From Sarea resinae (lineage: Eukaryota), in NCBI GenBank assembly GCA_026026165.1, contig JAPEUD010000014.1, positions 248,001 to 312,000 on the forward strand: a stretch of DNA of 64,000 nt, written 5' to 3'. This document shows positions 48,122 through 60,198 of the stretch, piece by piece; the stretch's first letter is position 1; each line of letters opens with the position of its first letter. The position numbers and the translations under genes were made by a program. The notes beneath the pieces were generated by a model. The model did no database searches and was not told the origin of the DNA. It saw nothing but the letters and a program-made list of their open reading frames with translations.

Positions 48122-51100
48122 CTTGTAATGCCTGAACTCTTAATTCGATTCCCGTGATATATACTTCAACGCGGGGACTTTCACAAGACGTATAAGTCCT
48201 AGGCAGTCAACTCGGTCGGCGCGAGCTGCTGAAGTCAAAGTTGAGGGTCTCGGATCCGCACAATCGTATTCTTCAGGCAACGAGTAGTTGGAAAGGATGC
48301 AAATCGGACAGGTCAGGTGGGTTGCCAACGTGGTCAAGTAGAAAAGCAATCAAACCGACGGCTGCAATCAGCAGCTAACCAGCTGCATAAACGCAATTGC
48401 TTCCGCGAACGATGCTGTCGAACGGCAAAGGAATGGGCAGTGTGACGGCGACACGAGAAGCAAGGCAAAATGAGAGAAGAGGCAGAACGAACGAAGCAAA
48501 GCAGAGCGGAGCAGAGCAGAGTAGAGTAGGGTAGAAGCACGATGGATTACGGGGAGGGCTTTCCCCTTGGGCTCAGGCGCCAAGTCGGCATCGGATGCCC
48601 CTCGAGTATTTCGTACCTTACAGTAGTGTCAGAGCGTAGTGTCAGAGCAGTGGCATGTACGTATCTGCTACTCTGGAGAGCGTGGCGAGCGGCCGGCAGA
48701 GAGGGATCTACTACTGAAGTATGCGGGTTGGGGGGCGGACGAGCGACGGGGGTTCTGGGATGATGGGAAATGAAGGTGAACGGTTTGGGCCATCTCTGAC
48801 CAGCTCGTTACCACAGCCGTCCTAGGGGCATGCAAAGTGATGGGGTCGGTGATGCTGTATCATGCAGGCACCGGTCGCGCTTGGCTGGTCCCAGGCAATG
48901 GAGCGAGGCCAGTCCTGCATCCGTCTGCATCCTCCCAAGCTTCTCTCTGCTCTTTTTGTTGAAAGCGAATGGGCAGGTCTGAGGGAGAGATGGTACTGCG
49001 CAGTACTCCGCAGTAGAGTGCGACGGCTCTTCGTTGATGCGTTTTGGCACCACCCGTACCTTTCCTGTTCCTTTCGTAGCACGGCCCATGGAAATTGTAC
49101 TTGACCCTTCCGCGATGCTTCCGTGACGGCATCATGACTATCAAAGCGTGCTGCTCACTACCCACTTCAGTACTAAGGCATGTAGAGTACTGGAGTTGTC
49201 CGGAGTGTGAAGTAGAAAATGCCTCTTCGAAGCCTTCGAAGAGGGTTAAGTGGATATCTGCCGTCTGTCAACGCTGGGACTGCTCCGGTCCGACGGCAAG
49301 CTACCTAACCTAGTAGTACGCATGGATCGTCCATATCAAGGAGCATTTGTAGTAACGATCGCTAATCCAATGAAAAATGCTACCTCAAGTACTTTCCCTG
49401 CTATTCGTACTCGAGAGTACTCCGGGGTACATTACTAGGTGGGTGAAAGAAATACTTCGTAGTAGATACGGCGCATGAAGTGGCGGGATCCATGGATCCG
49501 TGAGAGACGACGGCACGTAACATGGGCCTCTTCTGAGAGGAGAAAATAGGGGTCCGAGATCCACCACACGGGTCCGGATTCATCTATGAAATACTATGAG
49601 TACTGGATACCTTATCTCGTCACTTGGCCTGATCCGACAATTGACCGAATCACAATGTGCCCACCACCCAGCACCACATGGGATGCTTTGGTCGTGCGTG
49701 CTCTTCGATTCCCTTGAAACAGCTGAAACGCGAATCCTTGAACGGACAGAGAAGACTCACTCGCTCGATACAAGATGGCCGGTGCGCTGCAGATATCATG
49801 AGATGCAAGGGAGTCCTCGATCCTGGAGGCCCAAGAGATCGCATCAAGATGAGATACTGGAGGTACTCGGTCATCTTATCGATCGGCTTCACGAACTTTC
49901 TTCGATGTATGAGAGAGGATCAAGTGTATTGGACGGCATTCATGCCATATGGATCTCATTATTATATGTACTCTGAGTAGCAGACAGAGACCCAGTACGG
50001 AGTATGGACCAGGAGATAAGGTAGATACAGCGCTCAACACAAACAACAGTGTGGCATGTACGAAGTACTCCGTAAGCTCGATGTGCCTCTACGGACTCCT
50101 TCCTACAGACAACAGCGTCCTGTCTAGAGCCCGTCGCCGATCAACACTTCGGAATGCATGCAGAGATGATATGCCTTCAGCGGAAGACCTCCAGAACTAC
50201 TAAAACTCGGTACGTAAGGTAGGTAAGGTAGGTAGGTAGTCGTGTGCTAGTTATGTACTAAGAAGCTCGAGTCCGAATGACCCGGAGATTCGAGCCATAT
50301 ATCCCTCCAAAACTCCGTTAGGGTATGGACACCCTCGATGGGAGATGGGAGATGGAAACGTCCGAGATCCAGCAGCATTATTCAATCTACTTTAGCATGG
50401 CTCCACACCCCACGAGATCCTATGAGTATTACATTACCACTACGAAGCACCTTGCATCGATGATATGCTTCGGAGCGCTGAAGCAGTCTGGAGTATGATT
50501 TCAGCTCGCACTGTTAGTCGCTCAGGATCGCCAGCGTTATAGAGATCCAAAGCGTAGCAGAAGATATTTTCCTCACGCAAGGTTATTGAAGTAGGTGCAG
50601 ATAGTCCTAGCTAGAGGGCAAATAATACTCACAGGGACGAATGTTCACTATTTTCGTAGTTCGCATGGTGCATCGTCGAAGTAGACCCATTCCCGGCACG
50701 AACATCACGAGAGATCTGTCAACTCTAGACTGTTAAGTCGATTAGATGTTGCTAGCAAGGCAATGTTTTGCCCGGAGGGCTTCAGCGTATTGATTTCTAG
50801 TTGTACAGAGAAGCCAGACTGATGATACATTTGTACGTGCAGAAGATGACATTCGTACGCAGTACATTTCTTACAATGGTTCTCCTAGATCAAGGTAGCC
50901 CGTAAGATGATTGTAATCTTATGCTCAATTGTTTAACATCTCCGTTTGCCTTGTTTTTGTATGTCGAATCAGGCAGACCAGACTCGAGGTTACCCTGCAG
51001 GGCTTGAGAGTACGAAGTACGAGGTACGTTGCTTATCGATTAGAGTATTGCGATATAACAGATATTTGTGCAACGACCTGGTTTTTCGTGGAGATTGCTC

Positions 51101-51230
51101 ACTGCCATATCATTTGTTGGCTCCGCATCCACAACAAAGTTCGCATGTTGTCTGAGACGACATATCTGAAGGAGTGACTGCCATCAAGCGCATTATACAC
51201 TTGATTCTGCAGGTACTTCCGCGCGACATC

Positions 51231-52480
51231 ATGTCCCTAAATGGGGATCCTCTCTTGAGTGACCTCTGTAGGATCTGGTTTGACCACCCTCTATCTCCTT
51301 GCCTCGTTGGTTGCATTAAGACAGAATGGGAGGCGCACATTCTAACTCTCGCAGTAATGTCAATATACCAAAATATCGTTGCCCCCGCTGTTCAATCCGC
51401 ACCTGCTCCCTCGCATGCTCAAAGCGCCACAAGCTATGGGCTCAATGTTCTGGCGTCCGGGATCCTGCAGCATATGTCAAACGGAGTGAACTTGCCACTC
51501 CCTCCGGAATCGATCGCGACTTCAATTTCTTGACTGGTATCGAACAGAAGCTGGACAACGCCGATAAGGATGCTGAGGAGCGCGGTTTGGTAACAGACGG
51601 GTTCCAGAGTCATGGCCGAGCTGGCCCCAGAAAGGGAGAGGTGAACGTGCAGAAAGCGCTTGAGAGGACTCGTGTGATAATTGAAAGGGCACCCAAAGGC
51701 ATGAGCAGGGAGAAAATGAACAAGACCAACTGGAACAAGAGGTCATTTCTTATGCTTATCATTGAATGAGTAGCTGCTAACGTTCACAGGCAAAAATGTT
51801 TGTCCTGGACAGTCGAATGGATAGACGGAGATGGACAGTCCTATCTCTCGAATGTCCTTGAGTCCTCGTTGCTGCCCCAAGCATACCAGCGCTTCTTGAC
51901 AGAAAAGCAACCGTCGCGAAAGAAGCGCAAATTGGATACATATGGCGAGCCACACACTTCTTCTGGACCGAATACCGGCACCGTCGAACCTGCACATAGT
52001 GCTTCCGGGCAACCTATAGCAGCCCTAGATCACGCCGACGCTGTGGAAGACCCATCCTCAGGAGGGGCTTCGTTCAAGACGGATAATACTGGCTTAGATA
52101 AGGCCGATACCTTGGACCTTCCTCAGCGTTACTTCTACCTTTTGCGCGCTCACACAACAGCCCCATCTCGAGTGCTGATACCCCTTTCGCCTACCTCTTC
52201 GCTATCAGATTGCTTAAGGGATCAAGTCGTGCTGGAGTTTCCCACGATCTATGCCCTCCAGCAGTCTCCTACGTCTCTACCCGAAGGATTCATATTAGAT
52301 TCTGAGTATTGCGGGCATGCAAATAAGCAAAGTCAAAAGTTGGAAGACGTGCTCTCAAAGGTTGCAGTACCGCAAGATGATGCAACCACGACACACGAGG
52401 AGCAAGACCCCGGAAACATCATGGCGGATGAAAGGTTGATTGACGTCTTGAGGAAAGACCTGGGCCTTGTGAGAAGCTAG
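51231..52480 (+). CDS. BCD1: Box C/D snoRNP assembly factor, zf-HIT protein; introns about 51278-51355 and 51742-51789
   Basis: Spliced LCRIC.....KYRCPRC...TCSLACSKRHK...CSG zinc finger, DFNFL, PKGMSR...N, WTVEW and VLEFPTI. Confidence 0.9.
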
Positions 52481-52674
52481 TCGACACAAGCTTACTTATT
52501 CCTTGACTCTACGACTATAGGTCTTTCTAGATCATCGACCGATATTCCACGTTTAACCGGTTCAGATCAAGCGGCAACCTCTTTGATGACATCCGCTATC
52601 CAACATGCACCCCTAAACGCCACAAAACCCAACTCAAAATAATCTGCAGAGGCTCCTAAAGATCACTGAGCATC

Positions 52675-53917
52675 CTAGGCCAGCTTCCCTGGTACCACTG
52701 GATGGCCTGAACTCAGACCGCCGCACACGGCCCACGCCTGCCCATTAACGTAGGATGCTTCATCACTACCAAGGAACAGCGCAACCCTGGCCACCTCATC
52801 CGCAACAGCTCCTCTTCTGAGTGGATTGAGTTGACCGATCTTCTTCTCCATACCTCTTGCTCGTGCGGCGTCATACATCTGTGCTGTCATAGCTGTCTCG
52901 ATCAGACCCGGACAGATGGCGTTGCATCGGATGCCCGTGCCCGTAAGCTGATAGCAGATCGTCTGCATCAGCGAGATCACAGCGGCTTTGGAGGCAGAGT
53001 AGTCGGTCGAGCCAGCATTGGACCGGAGACCCGCTACAGAAGCTGTGGCGATGATGCTGCCGCCTGGGTGGGGCTTCTCTTTCGATGTCTTGAGCATAGC
53101 GAGAGCAGCGTATTTAGCTGCAAGGAAGACACTGTAGACGGACAGAAATTCCATAAGCGTTGCCCCAACGAAGCTAGAGGCAATCGAGCTCTTCGTAGGG
53201 GACCTTGTACGCACCTTAGCACGTTGATCCTCATCGTCTTCATGAAACCGTCTCCTTCAATGTCCATGAAACCGCTCGGCTCTCCCCCCGTTCCTGCATT
53301 TGCAAACATGACATCCAATCTTCCATACTCCCTCACCGCTTCATCTACGACACTTTTCATGGCTACCTCGTCGGCAGCATCAAACTGGCGTAAGTGAACG
53401 TCAACTTCAGGGTAAAGCGACTGCAGCTCCCTCTTGTGAGTACCCAGATGCGTATCACTGAAGTCGCAGAGGTAGACCGCTCGAGCGCCGTTTTCCGCAA
53501 ACTGGTGTGCGCTGGCGCGGCCGATACCGAGGGGCGAATTCGAACCTGGTAAATATCCAACGAATAATGTTTAGACAGTGATATCACCTTCAGATGTGAG
53601 ATTGCACAGTAGGCTGATCTCATGGGGGCGAGAGCGAGATGAGCGCGAGCATACCAGTCACAATGACGACCTTGCCCTTTGCGCGACTAGATTTCTCGTA
53701 GAACATCACGTATTAGACCATCTCCGCTCTTGTCAGGTAGCTCCGACAAGGAGCTGTCCTGGTAGGGCAAGCTTCATATGGGGACTCACGGCCCGACCGA
53801 AGACTGAGCCACATGGCGGATCTTGGGAATGTCTTCAAACGTCCCCGCATCCTGGACTGGCGGTGGCTCAAGGTGGCCGCTGAGTTGCTGGAGGCGTTTC
53901 TTCGGTGCTGAGGTCAT
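52675..53917 (-). CDS. Short-chain dehydrogenase/reductase with N-terminal PTS2; 3 introns
   Basis: GKVVIVTG|SNSPLGIG, LDVMFANAG, YSASKAA, IRCNAICPG and YVNGQ. The N-terminus reads MTSAPKKRLQQLSGHL. Confidence 0.9.
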
Positions 53918-54835
53918 GATCACGAGGACTGCGGGCGGGGTAGACAATTCGAATTGGGAGAAGGCTGCGGAGGCTGGCTACTCAAGGGAGGAGAGAAGCA
54001 TTGGATATACAGGTCAGACCGGTCGCTGATGATGTTACACGAGCAGCTTTCATACGGCCACCTGCACAAGAAGGAAGAGGGGCAGAGGTGGCGGTGGATT
54101 ATTGTTGACAAGAGTAGGTACGTATGGCATTGTGGGGAGAAGCTGGATCTGGGGTAGATAACCCCGTCAAGACCGAGGTATGGATGCGTATACCTTACCT
54201 TACGGAGTACATTAGTAGCTTCAGCCTAGGGCAGCGTTTCGAGCAAGTGGCGTCTTACGGTCAGAAAGCCAACTCTATAGACATGAAGAGCGTTTGAAGG
54301 AATCCATTGTATTTGATTACATCAACATCAGCATCAAGTGTTCGATTGATGTGAAGACGAAAGGCCGATTTGTTTACGCGACAACAATTGAGGGTGCGCC
54401 GGTGATAATCTGAAGTGAGGAGGGTTAGGCATGTTGACGTGGGCGGATTGACGCGGAAAGAACCCATTCGAAGCGAAGATCCATACCCGATGATGACGAT
54501 TGGCACAGAGTAGTACTCTGGTAGCTTGGATTCTTCCATGAGGTGGATTGGATGGATTGCAGTTTATTTGCATCAACAACAAATAATCAGACCCGTCGTC
54601 TTGGTCACATGAGCATCAACATCTCCAACGCCATCTCCATCTCCATCTCCACATCCAGAACAATCAACGATGATCGAGATCGTGACGAGTACGCGCTCTT
54701 AGACATCCATCCTCGGTGGTTCTCGTGGAAGTGCAGATCGTCAATCCATCGCCACCGACGACCGTGTTCACAACGGTAACATCGTCTCCATGCTCGTCGC
54801 TCGCTACATCCCGTCACCCACACGAATCCGGTAGT

Positions 54836-57800
54836 ATGGAGACCCATAATACGAGCCTTCTCCAGCGAAGCTCTTCACAAGCATCCACTGCGTCCTCCAG
54901 AAGTCGCAAATCTGGGACTGTACGCGTCAAGCCAAGGAAATACGCCTCCAGCGCCTCCAACACACCTATCGCCTCTCCCCATGACAAACTCCTAACTTCT
55001 TTTCCTTCGCTTTCGCTGGATGACAGCCCATCCAAGGACGCGACAGATGATCAATGTGATAGTCTCAGTGCATCGCATCTCGAGCCGCCGAGGGGCCGGG
55101 GTCACTCGAAGAAAACTTCGTCGATCGTCGAAAGCCTGACGGCTTCTTCCCCGGCTGTGCGGAGCAGATCGGCACTTTTCGACGATTCGCCCGTCAATAG
55201 CAGAGATGTCCCGGGTGCTCTGCACCACTCCAGCGATGACAACATCGAACGTCTTATGGCACGAACGGGGGCTGTGGCGTTAGTTCGGCAGTTGGCCGAA
55301 GACTTGGCACAGCGGGACGCGCAGATGACAGCTCTTCGACGGCGGGCTGAGGAGAGGGAGAGGGTACTGAAGAAGATGTTGAGAGACTGTGAGGTATCAA
55401 ATTTGGATATAGAGACGCGACTTCGCGAACTAGAGAGGCCTCACGATGCCGACAGCAACGGTGGGGAAATAGTGCAAACGGTCAAAAGGAGAAGCACAGC
55501 TAAAGGGACGACAGGTGGGGTCGAAGGTAACATTGACGAATTGATGAATGAAGCTATGGCCGACCCAGTAGGTCTCCATGGCGATGAGGGCGTAATCACC
55601 CCCGGATTTGGCGAAAGCAGGGATGAAGATAGTACTATCAGGGCAAAAGATGGGATGGTCACTGCCGAAGACGACCGGAGATCACTAGGGTCAAATCAGA
55701 GCTATGGTCCGAAGTCAGGGAACACGTTTAAAGGCTGGAAAGATTATCTCTGGAGTGGAGCAGGGACGAGTCGGAGGAACAGTGGCGCCAGCAGTGTCGC
55801 AGCCCAGAATGGTGAGGGCCGTCAGGGAGGGAGGTCGAGAGCCAATAGCGGTGTTGGTCTTCGAAGAAAGGGCCTTAACAATGAGCTTTTTCGCCCTCCG
55901 GAGAATCCCCGTGTGATGAGTGAGAACCGCCAGTCGAGCCTACCAGCTGATCTGCGTTCTCATGAGGCAGCAGACGGGTCTGATTCATCTGCTCATTCTC
56001 GTAAGTCATCAGTGTCAGTCACATCTTGGGCCGTAAAGCTCGTCGCCGGCAATCTGCAGTCAGCCCGTGACAATGAGTGGCAGAAGAACATGAGGGGAAG
56101 GGCTTCCACGACTGCTGAAGGGGTGAATCAGAAATCTAGGGCTACCTCGACAGCTTCAGCGGCTCCGATGACTTCTGCGCAAGCTGCGCTGTCTAAAGTG
56201 GAAGGAAGGCTCGGTAACGGCCAGCGGCCCCGGAAAGCGACGGCGTCTCTGCACCTTGGAGCTGACGCTGCTTTGAAATCACCCTCTGCAGAAGGCTGGC
56301 GAAACTTGTCTAGCAATGTTGTGCCTCAAGGGACTGCAGGGGAGGGTACTCTCTCTCCCAACGTCAATACTCCTGGGCCTGTCGAAATGGATACCATCTT
56401 ACCAATGGATTCACGTCCGCCCACGTTGGCACAGGGCTACGGTGTCGGTGGTGCCTCGGAATATCTTACAGATCGCTTCGGTTTCATCTATGATCAACGA
56501 AGGAAGAAAAGGCAGAATGAAGCTTCCGAGAGCCTACGCCAGATCAAACGCTCCAGTGGCGTGGAAACTCTGGGAAGCGCCCGAGAAGCAATCCTAGTCG
56601 CGAGCGATGATGAAGACAACAATGCTGATGTTGATTCAGTCAATAGTTTACAGCAGACACGGCCAGATACACCTGTTAGCGCAGGAGAGGCTGGTGAGGG
56701 CAAGCAGGGGAAAAGGTGGCAGGACTATCTTAGCCTTGCAACTTTTCCAACCGAGCTGCTGTCACACACACCCTCTCCCGCTGCCGTTCCACCGTTAATT
56801 AACGCCGATGCTGGTATTCCTACGAAGACATCTCAGATCACGGTTGACAGGAGAGTCACTATTTCCTCGGCCAGAGCAAATCCCGAGCCCTCTGCATCCG
56901 CCATTGTATCAGAGCACGCTGTGATCGCGAAGCCATCCACTCAAAGGTCAGACATGCTTCTGGCTCCAAATAAAGAGCAGCCCGAACCAGTCAGACTACT
57001 CCTCGAGCAACTCACGGAAGTCCATGACTCCCTTCAACGGGACAAGACGGTTCGATGGAACGAATTCCTCCGCAAGGTCCGGGCTGAGCGCAAGAAGGAA
57101 GGTGAAGCGGCTGCAAGTATCGAAGGAGGCCGCTCACAAAAGGCCACGATGCCCGAAGTCTCTTTATCTAACGGCGAAATGATCGGCGTTTCTGGGCTCG
57201 GCGTGAAAGGCAAAGTTGGCCGCGCTAAATGGCAGGAATTCAAACGTCTCGTCCTCGGTGGCATCCCCGTCGCGTACCGCGCCAAGATCTGGGCCGAATG
57301 CAGCGGAGCTTCTGCTCTGCGCGTGCCAGGATACTACAAAGATCTCGTCAACCGCGGCACCGACGACCCGGTCATCCTCGCCCAGATTCAAATGGACATC
57401 ACTCGCACCCTCACCGACAACGTCTTTTTCCGCGCCGGCCCAGGCGTCGCGAAGCTCAACGAGGTTCTCGTTGCATACGCTCGCCGCAACCCGGAAGTGG
57501 GATACTGCCAGGGTATGAATCTCATAACGGGCTGCTTGCTCCTAGTCATGCCGACAGCTGAAGACGCTTTCTGGCTCCTCACGTCTATGATCGAGAATAT
57601 CCTTCCGCAGAACTATTACGACCACTCTTTACTCGCCTCCCGGGCCGACCAGCACGTCCTTCGCCAATATGTAGCCGAGCTCCTCCCACGTCTCTCCGCC
57701 CACCTCGATGAGCTCAGTATCGAGCTTGAGGCACTCACCTTTCAGTGGTTCCTGTCCGTCTTCACCGACTGCCTCTCGGCCGAGGCCCTCTTCCGCGTTT

Positions 57801-58351
57801 GGGACGTCGTGCTGTGCACCAATGACGGCTCGACCTTCCTGTTCCAGATCGCGCTCGCGCTGCTCAAGCTCAATGAAACTAATCTGTTGAAATGTGCGTC
57901 GCCTGCGGAGGTGTACACGTATATCAATCACCAGATGACGGATCATGCGATCAGCATTGATGGATTGATTAATGCGGGCGAGGCATTGAAGGGTTTAGTG
58001 AGAAGGCCAGATGTCGAGGAACGTAGGGCGAGGGCTGTGGAGGAGGAGCGGGACGCTGTTAGGGGACGTGGCAGGGAGAGAGACAAGAAGAGGAAGGAGA
58101 TGATGTCTGCTGTTACTGACGGTGTATCTGCTGTCAGCGTCGGGCATGAAGGCGCTGCTATAGTGGAGCAAGGGGAGGGTGCCGATGGAGTTCCTGAAGG
58201 CGGGATAAGTGGTGTTGACGAGCGTGAGAATAAAGATGAGGACGAGAGCAATCGTCAGGATCAGGCCCAGGATCAGGCCCAGGTTGAGGGTGGGGGTGAA
58301 GCCGAATTGAAAGTCTACTCCCCAATGCCCACCACGCCTGTTGACGAGTAA
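54836..58351 (+). CDS. TBC-domain Rab GTPase-activating protein (intronless)
   Basis: LTDRFGFIY, GGIPVAYRAKIW, Arg finger IQMDITRT, Gln finger GYCQGMN, FQWFLSVF and FRVWD. The first in-frame ATG is at 54836. Confidence 0.93.
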   Translation: METHNTSLLQRSSSQASTASSRSRKSGTVRVKPRKYASSASNTPIASPHDKLLTSFPSLSLDDSPSKDATDDQCDSLSASHLEPPRGRGHSKKTSSIVESLTASSPAVRSRSALFDDSPVNSRDVPGALHHSSDDNIERLMARTGAVALVRQLAEDLAQRDAQMTALRRRAEERERVLKKMLRDCEVSNLDIETRLRELERPHDADSNGGEIVQTVKRRSTAKGTTGGVEGNIDELMNEAMADPVGLHGDEGVITPGFGESRDEDSTIRAKDGMVTAEDDRRSLGSNQSYGPKSGNTFKGWKDYLWSGAGTSRRNSGASSVAAQNGEGRQGGRSRANSGVGLRRKGLNNELFRPPENPRVMSENRQSSLPADLRSHEAADGSDSSAHSRKSSVSVTSWAVKLVAGNLQSARDNEWQKNMRGRASTTAEGVNQKSRATSTASAAPMTSAQAALSKVEGRLGNGQRPRKATASLHLGADAALKSPSAEGWRNLSSNVVPQGTAGEGTLSPNVNTPGPVEMDTILPMDSRPPTLAQGYGVGGASEYLTDRFGFIYDQRRKKRQNEASESLRQIKRSSGVETLGSAREAILVASDDEDNNADVDSVNSLQQTRPDTPVSAGEAGEGKQGKRWQDYLSLATFPTELLSHTPSPAAVPPLINADAGIPTKTSQITVDRRVTISSARANPEPSASAIVSEHAVIAKPSTQRSDMLLAPNKEQPEPVRLLLEQLTEVHDSLQRDKTVRWNEFLRKVRAERKKEGEAAASIEGGRSQKATMPEVSLSNGEMIGVSGLGVKGKVGRAKWQEFKRLVLGGIPVAYRAKIWAECSGASALRVPGYYKDLVNRGTDDPVILAQIQMDITRTLTDNVFFRAGPGVAKLNEVLVAYARRNPEVGYCQGMNLITGCLLLVMPTAEDAFWLLTSMIENILPQNYYDHSLLASRADQHVLRQYVAELLPRLSAHLDELSIELEALTFQWFLSVFTDCLSAEALFRVWDVVLCTNDGSTFLFQIALALLKLNETNLLKCASPAEVYTYINHQMTDHAISIDGLINAGEALKGLVRRPDVEERRARAVEEERDAVRGRGRERDKKRKEMMSAVTDGVSAVSVGHEGAAIVEQGEGADGVPEGGISGVDERENKDEDESNRQDQAQDQAQVEGGGEAELKVYSPMPTTPVDE

Positions 58352-60062
58352 CTCCATTCAAATAAGAGAGAAACAGGCACCTACACTATCTCTTACTTGT
58401 GTATTTTCATTTTCCGTCTTTTTCTTACCGGTCCTTGCGGTCACGCAACGCAGCTAGGGGTTCAGGAGCGCTCCTCTGCTGTTCGTCGGCGGTTTTACTT
58501 TGACTTGGTTGGCATTATACCCCTCCCCCGCCCCCGCCCTATCCGCGGATCCCAACAACCCAATCGATCTATCCATCATTTTTCCTTTGTGAAGACGGTA
58601 CTTTTCTTTCCCTTCGGCGTAAAGACAGTGTTAGATACCTATCTTACCTATCTTACCTAGCATACCTCAACAATGCACTGATATCCGGACGTATAGATTT
58701 GTAGACATTAAATGCATCATCACCATCGTCGTCGTCGTCATAGTCATCATGCGGGCCACAGGCAGATGAATGAATGAATGTCTCCAGGGGGGAGGGGGGG
58801 GATAACCTTCGAAAATACGAGTATCGCATACAGATATATCATGTCGTCAGGGTCCTCCTACTAGTAGAGCAGATACATATCATAGAGTGTGGCTAGAAGG
58901 ATTCGTATTATGACATAGATACAATCTTGATTTTGGGTTTTTTTTTTAATTAATGTTGTTCTTCTATTTCCTTCTTCTATTTCCTTTAAATGTTAATAGT
59001 TTTATACTGTTAGTGATTTAAGAACGAGTAGAGTATAGAATAGAGTAGAGTAAAAATCGTTAATCTTTTACTTTCTTTGCTTGAAAGAGCTATTTTTTTT
59101 TGGGAGGGGGGTGGGGGGGTGGGGGGGCTAGGCTAGATACCTAGGTAGATATAAAACAATTGCTTAAAAAAGATGACTTGGCCTCTGCCGCTTACTGTCT
59201 ACATTGCAGAATTTCCTCTTTTTTTTTCTTTTCAACAAATTTCCCTATTAGTAATGATATTACTAGAGCTTCAACGTTTTATCATTTCTGTGCTATGCTG
59301 TTTACTTGCCTACCTACTCTGTACAGTAGGTAAGGTATATATGCTTATGTTTCCAGTGTTTTGTACAAAGTCTTTGTACAAAGTTACTTTGCACATTGTT
59401 GAAAAAGGTATGCCTAAGGTAGAGTACTACTAGGCAGGTATGACAGCTTAGGTCGTCTACCTACCTTACAGGCTACCCGCCCTGCCTAACCTTAGGTATA
59501 TTAGGTACCTTACAGTAGGTAGGGATCGATTTTAACAAGCGATCTTAGTTAAGGTAGGCTCAAGGGGTCGGTCCTGGGCCCTAGGCCCTCGCTCGCTCGC
59601 TATCAAGCAGAAAAAAGAAAAAAGAAAAAAAAAAAACCACTCCCCTACTGTATAGTACTCTGTGTAGGGACCAGTAAATAGGCAAACCTGTTCCTACGTG
59701 CGCCATCCAAAAAGACTACTATAACCCGGCTCGTCCGGGCTATGCCTATTTGCCTACCATATAGCAGCGCGCCTCACACTCTGCCACCAGAGTAAAGTAA
59801 AGTAAAGTAAGGGCATCGCACTCCTTTCCTTCCTGCGCGCCTGGGTGTGAGCGAGCGAGCGAGCTAAAGAAAACCCCCCCCCCCCCCCCCGAGAAAAAAA
59901 AAACCCCCCCCAAACCAAACTAGAACCAAAACTTCGCACTACCACCAAACCAACCCAAACCACCCACCCTTCCAGCTAGAAAATGAAAAACCGATCCTCA
60001 ACCCCACCCGCCCACCCCTCCCCTCCGCCTCTCCCCCCAACCAAAAGATATAAAAAAAAGAT

Positions 60063-60198
60063 TTCGGATACCGGGAATCGAACCCGGATCGTGTGAGGAC
60101 TTTCATATTCGCTTTCGGACGCCTCTCGTTGACCGAGAGGACGAGGGAGGACGGCGAGAATTGAGAGTCACACATGCTAGCCTTTACACCATATCCGA
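60063..60198 (-). tRNA. tRNA-Glu(CTC) with a 64-nt intron (60161-60098)
   Basis: Acceptor stem TCGGATA/TATCCGA, D arm GTGT..GCAT, anticodon arm TGTGA-CT-CTC-A^C-TCACA and T arm CCGGG-TTCGATT-CCCGG give a 72-nt mature tRNA. An oligo-T Pol III terminator follows a few nt downstream. Confidence 0.95.
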
